The notes under the pieces: model-generated
What the model was told of the DNA's origin: nothing
Seen by the model: only the letters and a program-made list of their open reading frames with translations
The model's database searches: none
In this document: piece by piece, positions 1 to 10,600 of the stretch
Layout: every line of letters begins with the position of its first letter
How positions within the stretch are numbered: position 1 is the stretch's first letter
Assembly (NCBI GenBank): GCA_002269645.1
Contig: NIVC01004614.1
Location: forward strand, 1-40,469
Source of the DNA: Macrostomum lignano
Taxonomy: Eukaryota
DNA: 40,469 nt
Reading direction: 5' to 3'
Program-made: the position numbers and the translations under genes

Positions 1-181
1 GTGCTTGGCTGTCATATCTCTGCTCAGGAGTTTCCCTGCCTCTCACGATGCCTTCTCTCAGTCTGACTCATCACCAAATCCTGCATTAAATCTTGTACCA
101 TTCCTGATTTCATAATTCATGCCCAATAAATTCACACAACAGTTTATCCCGGGTCTTCTCTCTATATGCATCCATAGCTGT

Positions 182-248
182 CAGGGACGTCGTCATGGAT
201 TTTATGGTGGAGGGAGAACAAAGCCGAGAATTCTACATGACTAAATTC
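182..248 (+). mobile_element. One end of a non-autonomous TIR element (MITE), same family as 24515-24897
   Basis: CAGGGACGTCGTCATGGATTTTATGGTGGAGGG...AAGCCGAGAATTCTACATGACTAAATT closely matches the reverse complement of 24819-24897 (CAGGGACGTCGCCATGGATTCTATGGTTGAAGGG...AAGCCAAGAATTC...TACATGACTAGATTT). No matching other end was found after the array. Confidence 0.7.
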
Positions 249-279
249 CTACATTATCTGGGAATCGGTGCTGTTAGAG

Positions 280-1453
280 CTCATTTTGGTGCCACAGGAA
301 CTCATTTTGGCGCCGCAGGAACTCATTTTGGTGCCACAGGAACTCATTTTGGCGCCGCAGGAACTCATTTTGGTGCCACAGGAACTCATTTTGGCGCCAC
401 AGGAACTCATTTTGGCGCCGCAGGAACTCATTTAGCGCCACAGGAACTCATTTTGGTGCCACAGGAACTTATTTTGGCGCCACAGAAACTCATTTTGGCG
501 CCACAGAAACTCGTTTTGGCGCCACCTGAACTCATTTTGGCGCCACAAAAACTCATTTTGGCGTCGCAGGAACTCATTTTAGCGCCACAGGAACTCATTT
601 TGGTGCCACAAAAACTCATTTTGGCGCCACAGTAACTCATTTTGGCGCTACAGGAACTTATTTTGGCGCCACAGAAACTCATTTTGGCGCCACCTGAACT
701 CATTTTGGTGCCACAGGAACTCGTTTTGGCGCCACTGAACTCATTTTGGCGCCACAAAAACTCATTTTGGCGTCGCAGGAACTCATTTTAGCGCCACAGG
801 AACTCATTTTGGTGCCACAAAAACTCATTTTTGCGCCACAAAAACTCATTTTGGCGCCACAGTAACTCATTTTGGCGCTACAGGAACTTATTTTGGCGCC
901 ACCTGAACTCATTTTGGCGCCACAGAACTCATTTTGGCGCCACAGGAACTCATTTTGGCGCCACAGGAACTCATTTTTGCGCCACAGAAACTCATTTTGG
1001 TGCCACAAAAACTCATTTTGGCGTCGCAGGAACTCATTTTAGCGCCACAGGAACTCATTTTGGTGCCACAAAAACTCATTTTGGCGCCACAGTAACTCAT
1101 TTTGGCGCTACAGGAACTTATTTTGGCGCCACAGAAACTCATTTTGGCGCCACCTGAACTCATTTTGGTGCCACAGGAACTCGTTTTGGCGCCACCTGAA
1201 CTCATTTTGGCGCCACAAAAACTCATTTTGGCGTCGCAGGAACTCATTTTAGCGCCACAGGAACTCATTTTGGTGCCACAAAAACTCATTTTTGCGCCAC
1301 AAAAACTCATTTTGGCGCCACAGTAACTCATTTTGGCGCTACAGGAACTTATTTTGGCGCCACCTGAACTCATTTTGGCGCCACAGGAACTCATTTTGGC
1401 GCCATATACATGCAGACACTCATTTTGGCACCGCAGACAGACACTCATTTTGG
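280..1453. repeat. 21-bp tandem minisatellite (ACTCATTTTGGCGCCACAGGA), ~55 copies, with a ~210-bp higher-order period
   Basis: The unit is directly visible. The variant GCGTCGCAGG recurs at 561, 770, 1021 and 1231 (spacings 209, 251, 210). Confidence 0.97.
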
Positions 1454-2890
1454 GCGGACTGAAATCAGCTACTGACAAACTTTGCTAAAGCAGTTTTCAC
1501 TAGGGTGCACAGAAATCCGCATTCAAGGTTTGCGTCACCCGCGTCGACGTCAGGCTGCGCAGCCTGAAATTCATTTTTTTCGTTCGTCGAGCCTCATCTG
1601 TCACTGTCAACACAGCCTCTCTGCCTCTCCCTCCCCACGGCAGTCAATATTGGCTGTACAGTTTCTCTGGAAATGTCAAGGGGCAGAGAATAGACAGCCA
1701 TCTCGATCCATTTTCGTTCAGGGTTTCGAATGCATTGCAAATATGGTAGGTACTGTTGGCATAGGGTTCGCGGGTCTCGCAGCCCGTAGCGACCCGGCCT
1801 ATCTGGCAGCTGCTCGGTTACGCAATATCGCGACCCACACCCACTCTCCGAATACCCCATCTGCTCTGCTCGCCCTCCGCCCTCACCCAACCCGCCTTTC
1901 TCCAACTGTACTCACTGGAGGCAGAGAAGACTGGAGCTGGGCAGAGTTGAAAAAAATCGTCTTCATCGCTTTCTACATTCTCTCGTCCATGGGTCCTGGG
2001 TGCTGGGGGTGTTCTACAGTCTAGAGTCCTAGACCTCACTTCCTTCTTTTTCTGTCTGTAAGATCCTCCAATAACGCGCCCAGACCGCTCATAGCTGTCT
2101 GTGTCTGCTAATGAACGTGCTCACGAGATACACAACACAGACAAAGGACGACTTAACTTACGCAGGTCTTGTAGGGGCCGAGATAGGAAGGCGGGAAGAG
2201 AAGGGGGCTACGCGCGCGTGAGCGGAGCGGCTCCGACTGTGTGACTCACTGCACGGGAACGGCGCAGAGTGAGTGAGAGCCGCAGAGAGAGAGAGAGACA
2301 GAACCGATAGGAGAGACGGCCCAGGGAAGGCCGTCTGGCCTACTGTTCAATCAGCCAGCAGCCAACCAAGACCTCACTAACTGGGTGGTCGCGGGCAGCC
2401 CCCTTGCTGAACGAACCCCATGTGGCCTCGGGGCGGCAGGGGTGGGCAAGGTGGCAGTCGGTCGCAGCTTGCATTAGGCAATCACTGTGGAAGCCAAGCA
2501 AGTTGTTTTCTTCTGCAGAGAAGTGAAGAGGATAAAAAAGCAGGTCTTGAACACAATTCAACAGCAAAGTGAAGATAATCAGGACCAGGAGCTGAGAGAT
2601 CACTCTCGCCTCTCGCATACCTAGCCGCAACAGCCAGACTTCCTCAGGCGAGGAACCAGTGGAGCTTAAGTGAACAATGAGTCTCTCTCCTGGCTGTGAA
2701 AATCTTTGCACAGGGAGCCCAAATTTCGGACAATTTCTAATGCAAACTGCGCAGCAAATTTTTTTGCGTTAATTAAATTAGCTAAATTAGTTCTACACCT
2801 GCAAAGAAAAGGAAGCCAAAGCCTGGGCATCAGTGGCTGAGAAATGTCTGCTCAAGACTGTAAAGAAGCAATAGAGGCCTAATCATCTGC

Positions 2891-5574
2891 ATGGCCTGCA
2901 AACTCTTGGCCCTGCTGGTGGCGGTGCTGCTCGCCCTGCGCTGTCTCGAGGGCGACTCCGCCGAGCTGCGCGCGGTGGAGGGCGGCAGCGTCCTGCTAGA
3001 CTGCCGGATTCCATCGTCAACAGGAACGCCACGTTCAGACGCCTCAGCAGTGAAGCAGCTCAGCCTCACCAAGTCAAACAAGCTCGCGTTCGAGCGGCAC
3101 GGCAATTTCCCGGCCAGCCTTGGCAGCGGCTACTTCCACCGGCTGACAGTCCAGTCTCCGTCATCACGGATGCATCGGTTCAACCTGACTCATCTCCGGG
3201 AGAGGGACGACGGCCTGTACTTATGCCGTGTTGAGCTTGAGAATGGTGACAACAGCGTCCAGGAATTTCATCTTCAACTTTGGCTGCTGCCGAAGTTCGA
3301 GGCGAATGAATCGGCTGTACTGACCAGGACTCTTCACAGACAGGCTGGCGAATACGTTGTACTTCGGTGCCCGAAGTTCCGCGGCCGGCCCCAGCCGACT
3401 GTCTCCTGGCTGGTCAACGAGTGTCCCCTGGCCAACCGAGGCCGGGTTCGCATCGACCGGCACTTGCCGGAACAGTTGCAGGTGTACAACCTCAACGTCA
3501 ACGATTCTGGCAGGTACGCCTGTCGCATAGAAAACCCTTACGGAGTGAGCGAACTCGACTTCACAGTTCTGGTCGGCGCCGGCGCCGCCTTCATTCACCG
3601 GCCGCCGCCGAGTCAAACAACGGCACTCGAAGGCGCCCGACTGGAACTGCCGTGCGGCTTCCACGCTGACCCAGGCCTGCGCGCTAGAGTCGATTGGCAG
3701 CGAGCCCAGCCGGGTTCAAAGCTCAAACTCTGGACGTCGCTTCTCTCATCGCCCGATGCGTCCGTCGCCGTAGGCCACCAGAACAGCTCTTTGATTTTCC
3801 CCGCACTGGACCACAGTCACTCCGGAACCTACCGGTGCCAAGTCATGGTTGGATCGGAGCTGCACTTGACAAGCCGGCCCAGCGCCGTCACTGTGCTGCA
3901 TCCGCCGACTTTATTGCGAATTCTAGTCGAGACCAGTTCCTGCCGCTCGGCCAGCCGGGCTCGCTCACCTGTCCCGTGTTCGCTAATCCGCCAGTTGATA
4001 CCACAGACTGGATTCGCAACAGCTCGCCCATTGGAGCGGCCTACCTGGGCAGGCGCTACCGGTTCAACCTGGTCACACCGTCGCACTCCGGCAGGTACCG
4101 CTGTCGCGCGCTTCAAACTGCCAGCAGTTTCAACACCTGGAGCTCCTGGACGCCCGAGTTTACTGTTCAGACAGTGCAGTCGCCTCGGTTCATCGCCCGA
4201 CCGTTGGCGCTGTACCAACTGGCTCTGGGAGAGTCGGTGCGAATGCCCTGCGCATTCTGGGCACCTTCGAATGTCCCCACCGGCCTTGTCTGGCTGCGCA
4301 ACGGTCGGCGCCTTGACTACCGGGACAGGAGACTCGCATACGACCCGCTGGACCAGGAGCTGTCCGTTCGGGACGTCCAACCCGACCTTGAGGGGACCTA
4401 CACCTGCGCTCTGGAGAACCCCGTGTTGCCATTGGCTGCTTCAGCGCGTCTACTGGTGGAGCTCACCTCTCCGCACCCGCCAGCCAACCTGACAGTCGTC
4501 AGCGTGACGCCCTTCTCCCTGCACCTGACGTGGCAGCCGGCTTATGACGCGGGTTGCGCGGTGCACTACACCGTCTGGTACCGGCGCCTGGGCGACAAGA
4601 CCTGGAATAGGCAGCTGGCAGACCCGCCAACGGCCACCGAGGCCACGGTGACCAAGCTGCTAGCCGACACGGCCTACGAGCTGTCGCTAACGTCAAAATC
4701 GGTTGGCAGTTCGGCACTGGAGATGCGAGTCCGGCCAGAGACGACAGCCGGCCGAACGGCTGGCTATTCGCCTGAGCTGGCCGACCGGCCGCTGCCCCGG
4801 GATCGCTCTGGACGGCCCTGGTTCCCGCCAATACAGCGCAGCTTGGGGCCTCGGCCGGGTCCGCCTGTGCCAGCCAGCTTCGATGTCGTCAGTGCCGGCG
4901 TTCTGTGTATCGCTTGGCAACCGCCGATGAGCACCCCGGTGCCGGTGCTCTACTACCGGCTTGAGGTTGGCGTTTGGGACTCGAGAGACGGAAGCCTCGA
5001 TAAGGGAGACAGCTGGGAAGAATTCGCGCAGGTGCTTCAGCCGAAGGCATCGCTGTCCATCGACGCCCAGCCGCTACTCCGAGTTCAAGCTGCTCAGGCG
5101 GCCGCTACTCAAAGACGATTTCGCATAGCGGCAACCTCGTGCGCCCTGCTCAGCCGGAGCCGCCGCGTTGTTGTCGCCGATGTCGATCCAAGCCAGCTGT
5201 CCGAGCTGCTGCCCGCCGGCTCTGCGGCCGCCGCCCTGGCCTCCACAGGCGTCAACCGAGTGCCAGCCGGAGCCGCCTGGGCGCTGCTGTCCTGCCTGCT
5301 CAGCTTCCTGGTGCTGGCAGGCGCCCTGCTCGGCCTGACGCGCTCGTCCGCTCGCCGTTCGCCACGACGCATCGTTGTTGTCAACAAAAATGACGACGGC
5401 AGTCAACAGCGTCGAGGGAAACTCAACAAGCAGCACACGGCGGCTGACTTCTTGGCGGCGGAACCGCGGGACGTCAGCCGCAGCTGCGTCGCCACCGATG
5501 TCGCACTCGACGCTGCTGCTGCCGTCAGCAACAGCTGGCAGCCACGGGCGCCTCCAGCGAGCACCCATTGCTGA
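2891..5574 (+). CDS. tutl: Turtle/IgSF9-like Ig-superfamily receptor (signal peptide, 5 Ig, 2 FN3, TM, cytoplasmic tail); intronless, with a 1-nt frameshift at ~3910
   Basis: ORF 2891 gives a signal peptide and Ig1-3 (DCRIP..YLCRV; LRCPKFRGRPQPTVSW..DSGRYAC; LPCGF..HSGTYRC) up to VTVLHPPT. The -1 frame then continues FIANSSRDQFLPLGQPGSLTCPVFANPP (Ig4), PRFIARPLALYQLALGESVRMPC (Ig5), FN3 (PANLTV..LTWQPAYDAGCAVHYTVWYRR), a second FN3 and TM AAWALLSCLLSFLVLAGALLGL. Ig4, Ig5 and FN3 motifs match Turtle/IGSF9 as I recall them (QYLP.G..G...C...ANPP; P.F...P..LYQ...GE.V.M.C; PGYDGG....VW). The joined frame is ~894 aa. Confidence 0.8.
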
Positions 5575-6129
5575 TGGCGTCAAGGCGCGGCCAGGTGGAC
5601 AGGCCGGTCAGCGAGCCGGAGTCCGGCTTCCTGAGCGACGGCCGCGGAGGCGGCAGCCACTCAGACGATGAATGTCCGCCCGAAGCCAACGACGATGAGG
5701 TCAGCGTGTCGGACATTGAGTCGACTCTGCCGCCGGGCAGCTGGCAGGTGCACGGCTGGTCTCGACGGCTTCCCATTAGCGTCTATTTGGACAGCTACCA
5801 CCGGATCAAGCGGCTGCGCAGGGCCAGTTTTCCGATTTATCGAGAGAGCGAACTACTATGAGTAGGCTGGGTGCGCGCATGTGCATAATAACTTGTAATT
5901 CACTATTTATCAGTCAATACTCAAATACGCTGTTGGGTACTGTCATAGCTCAAGCTCACGTACTTTGCATCCGTTTTAGTGCTATAATTTCTATTTGTAT
6001 TTACATGATCCTAGCTATGCAGGAAGGCTAAATATAATGCAATTAAACTCTTTTCTGTATCTTTTTTAAACCGATTTGTATTGCTTTTGACAAAACAGAA
6101 CAACATAAACAAACTGGAACTTACAGAAC

Positions 6130-6916
<787 letters not shown>

Positions 6917-7562
6917 CTTGAAATATCTCTGATTTTCTCTGATTTTTGTTCTTTGCTTCAGCTTATTAAAACCTGTTAAAAACAGAATGGAAAGGCAGCT
7001 GATGACCCCGAATCGGTGCATAGAGAACTCATTTCTCTGGGGTAAGGTCGGCACAGACACTGTACAAAACTTCTCTTCACTCAAGACCAGCTGTTGTCTG
7101 CTAGCGTTTAAGAGCTAAAAAATAGCAAACCACGGCAGAACAATGGGGCGCACACGCAGAGTGCTTCGGCAAGCTTTAGAACAGCCCAATGCATTTCTCG
7201 GTCCCACCCACCCCGTGTGAGCGCTGGCTTGTGTACTCCGGCGCTGGAGCCTCATTGGACTGCACTGCACTGAGAAGCTGAGCTGCAGCGCTCAGGGTGA
7301 GAGTGATTCCAGCCAGCTGCAGACAGAGGAGCAGAGCGAGGGAAAGGAAGGTGGCTGCAGAGCGGCCCCCGCCTCGGTTCTTTTCTCTCCCCGCAACCAA
7401 CCCCCTCCGTGCGCCTATATTTGAGTAAAGGGGATTATTGAGCTCAGTCACTTCCTAGTTTTGAATTCCACTCTAAAGGCTGCCACTCCACTGCAGATTG
7501 TTCTGACAATAATGTAAGCTTAGCCACTGTTGAGCCGCCGTCAAAATTCTCAGTTCAAAGCG

Positions 7563-7667
7563 ATGTCGTCAGACTGCCAGAGCCTCCGCAGCAGCCGGAC
7601 GGGCACGCACGAGCCGATCTGCAGCCTCGCCACCCGGCCCTGCTGGATCGAGTTCGGCGCCAGCCTC
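7563..7667 (+). pseudogene. 5' part (codons 1-35) of a two-TM protein gene interrupted by the RTE insertion
   Basis: ATG at 7563 reads MSSDCQSLRSSRTGTHEPICSLATRPCWIEFGASL and ends exactly at the first TSD copy. Removing 7668-11763 joins it in frame to ISIVLGIVCVLAGA at 11764. Confidence 0.8.
7654..7667 (+). repeat. Target-site duplication, left copy (TCGGCGCCAGCCTC)
   Basis: The identical 14-mer occurs at 11750-11763, flanking the LINE. Confidence 0.95.
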
Positions 7668-10600
7668 TTCTTCTTCTTCTTCTTCCCTTTTGTCGCCGTG
7701 TGGCATGGGCAGTCTTCGGGGTCTCTCGTCAGCAGTCCTTGCAGGTGCGTAGGTGGCGTGCCATGTTCGTCGCGGCGAGCGTGCGCCCACAACCTTCGCA
7801 TTGTTTAGTTTTCGCTCGGTACTTCCTCTCACCTCCCGGGGACCGTGTCTCTTCCCGCGTTGTACCGCAGGTTTTGCGGTGTCTCGCTAGGTTTGATTTC
7901 GATATTTCTCGAGCACAGGTCGCGCATTTTACGCGGTTTCCTCCCACTTCTCTCTCTCCTCCGCAGACCTTTACGTGGTTTAACCACGTTGCCTCTTGTC
8001 TGAACTGCTTCTCGCATTTTACGCACTTGAACGTTACTGGTTCTTCTATCTTGCGGTGCATCCTCTTTTGGTGAATGGTCAGGCCTGCTTTGCTTTTGCA
8101 CTCCTTTCCGCAGTCTTCGTATTCACATATGAATGTTCTTGTTTTCTCCTGTTTCTGTTTGTCGTTCCTTTCGATGTTCCTTGCTTCTGCCTTCTTTCCT
8201 TGTTGTTGTTCCCATCTCTTGAGGTGGCTTATGCTTTCTTGAACAATTTTACGCCATTTCTGGCGGTCGGTTGCTAGTCTCTCTGTCATTTCCGGCTCGA
8301 TCCCTGCTTGGCGTAGTAGTCGCTTCCAGTATTCGATGGTGTTACCTTTTCTCTTACGTGTTTTCCTTATCTTTTCCAGACCCTTGTACCATCCGAGAAC
8401 CATCTTTTTCGTTAGGCGGTTCGCCTCCATGCGAAGCACATGTCCGATGCGGATCAGGTGGCTCTTCTCAATCTTTGTTTGTATTGTCGTTACTTCTAGT
8501 TCATTGCGAATGTCCTGCATATTTATTCCTTTTGCCTCCATTTCCCTTAGTGGTTCCATTTTCCTGCTGCTCCATATCTGCCGGTAGATTCGGTCCATGA
8601 AGCTTTGTAGTTGCTTCGTTTCTGACTTCAGGAATGGGCGTATGTTCGCGTGGAATAGCAGGATGCTCTCTATACAGGCTTCAACGACCTTCGCTTGCGT
8701 GGTCTTTTTCAACCTGCACTTGATGAAACGTCTACGGATCGTCGACCAGCTTCTCGCCGCTTTTTGCAATCTCTGGCTCGTGTCGTACTTCGTGTCCGTC
8801 CATGATCCTAGCATGCGTACTTTTCCTCCCTCTCTGGTTCCGAATATCATTACCTCTTGCTTTTTGTCGTTCGTTTGTTCTTCGAATCCTGTCATTATTT
8901 CTTTCGTCGACTCTAGGCCCGCGCTGAGTTCCTTGCGGTTGCCTAGGATAGTGGTGTCGTCTGCAAATAGAACTGTCCTGATGAGTTCGGTTTTGGTCTC
9001 CGAGTTTGGCTGGTTTCTTCGCTGAGGTGGGAGTGAGCTTCCTGGGAGGTATGTCCATTCAATTCCACATATTTGCTCTTTCTCCTTTGCTGTTTGTGTT
9101 CTTTTCTCCTCAACTTCCCTGATGCATGCTTGGTGAAAGATATTAAATAGAACTGGGGATGTCGGGCATCCTTCGCGTAGTCCTCTTTCTGGCAACCACG
9201 ATTCACTGGACTGTTTCTTTCCTTTCACTTTAAACTCCGTGTATTCATGAAGGTCCTTCAATTTGTCAATCACTTTTTCCGGCAGGGCGTACTTCTGTAG
9301 TATCCCCCAAAGTACCGGTTTGCTGACTCTGGGGTATGCTTTCCGGAGGTCTAGGAGAAATGCTAGTTGGTCTTCTTCGAGGTTGCAGTCTCCTACGGCG
9401 TTTTTCGCCTGGCGGTATTCTGTTATGTCTTCTTGTATACGGATGATTATCTGGGTGCTGTCTGCCGTTGATCGGTTGGCTCTAAAGCCATTCTGATTGT
9501 CGTCAAGCGCCCCGACTCGTTCTGCCCAGTCCCGTAACCTTGAGGCGATGATTCTTGCCAATATGCGACTTAGCATCGGCAGGAGGCACACTCCTCGGTA
9601 ATTGTTAAGGTCGGTCCTGTCCCCTTTCTTAAAGAGTGGTATGATAAGGCCTACCTTCTCACTGGCTTCCCAGTGCCACGCTCGGTGTTCGTATAGATAT
9701 CGGATTCTTTCCCGGACAGCTTCTCTAACTTCTTCGGGCCCTTCCTTAAGGTAGCGCAGGCGTACTTCGTCCTCTCCCGGGCTTTTGTCCCTCATTTCTT
9801 TGATTGCTCTATCGATCTCCGCGTCGCTCGGTGTGTCGCTGAGTTCTTTGTATTCTTCCTTGCTAATGGTTTTACTTCCCGCTGGGGTTTTGAGGTTTCT
9901 AATGAGCTCTGCGATCTTCTCCGGTTCGTTCTCCATTCTTGTTTTCTGTATGTTTTCTAGGTGTTCCTTGAATTCTTGTTCGTCGATATTCGTGCCTCTT
10001 TCACTATTGTTGAAGGCCGTGCCTCTTTTGTCTAGGAGTCGGAGTTTGTCGTATACCAACGCTATTTGTCCTTTGTCTGCTGCGTTTCTACATTCGTCGG
10101 CCAGTTGATCCCACCACTGTTCTTCCCACTCACTCACCGTGTTTTTTTGGGTTTTTCGTGTTTTTCTCAGCGCCTCTTCTGCTCTCTTCGTCTGCTCGCT
10201 TCTCGGGCCGTGGGTTTCCCTGGCCCTGTTCCTCTGTTGGAGTCTTACAGCCAATTCTTCATGCAGCCTCTTTAGGTCGTTTTCGTGGGATGACATCCAC
10301 GGATTTGTTTGTCGGTTCGCTGGTCCGCAAATCGACTTTGCACTCTCCACGATTATTCTTTGCACTTCTGTCCATGGTGCTTGTTCTCTTTCCTCCTTGT
10401 TCTCCTTCCACGTTTGCATTCTTCTTTCCACCTCTTTTTTGAATTTCGTTGCGTTCTCTTCGTCATAGAGCTTCTTCCAGTTGATGCCTTGATTACTTCT
10501 CCTGTACAGTCTTTTTGCGTTCGGTCTTTTTCCTGTGTCGGCTACGCCCCTGATTATTAATGTCTTTGGGATGTGGTCGGACAGTGCACAGCCGTTGTGA

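Noticed and set aside
195-1478. Multiple ORFs with GTHFGAT / PQELILA / MSSCGAK repeats
   Set aside because: These are translations of a 21-bp stop-poor tandem array, open in several frames and on both strands, with no unique coding flanks.
2017-2349. Possible LTR edges (..TTCTACA at 2017, TGTTCA at 2344)
   Set aside because: There is no second LTR copy, primer-binding site, polypurine tract or pol sequence nearby.
3887-3926. A small intron as the explanation for the turtle frameshift
   Set aside because: The available GT (3887, 3893) to AG (3926) pairs resume in the wrong frame and would delete the conserved VTVLHPP linker.
3900-3960. Programmed -1 ribosomal frameshift in the turtle-like gene
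   Set aside because: There is no X XXY YYZ slippery heptamer at CCG ACT TTA and no obvious downstream structure. A 1-nt deletion is simpler.
3221-5776. Antisense and alternate-frame ORFs over the turtle-like gene
   Set aside because: They are shadow ORFs expected in GC-rich coding DNA and carry no recognisable motifs.
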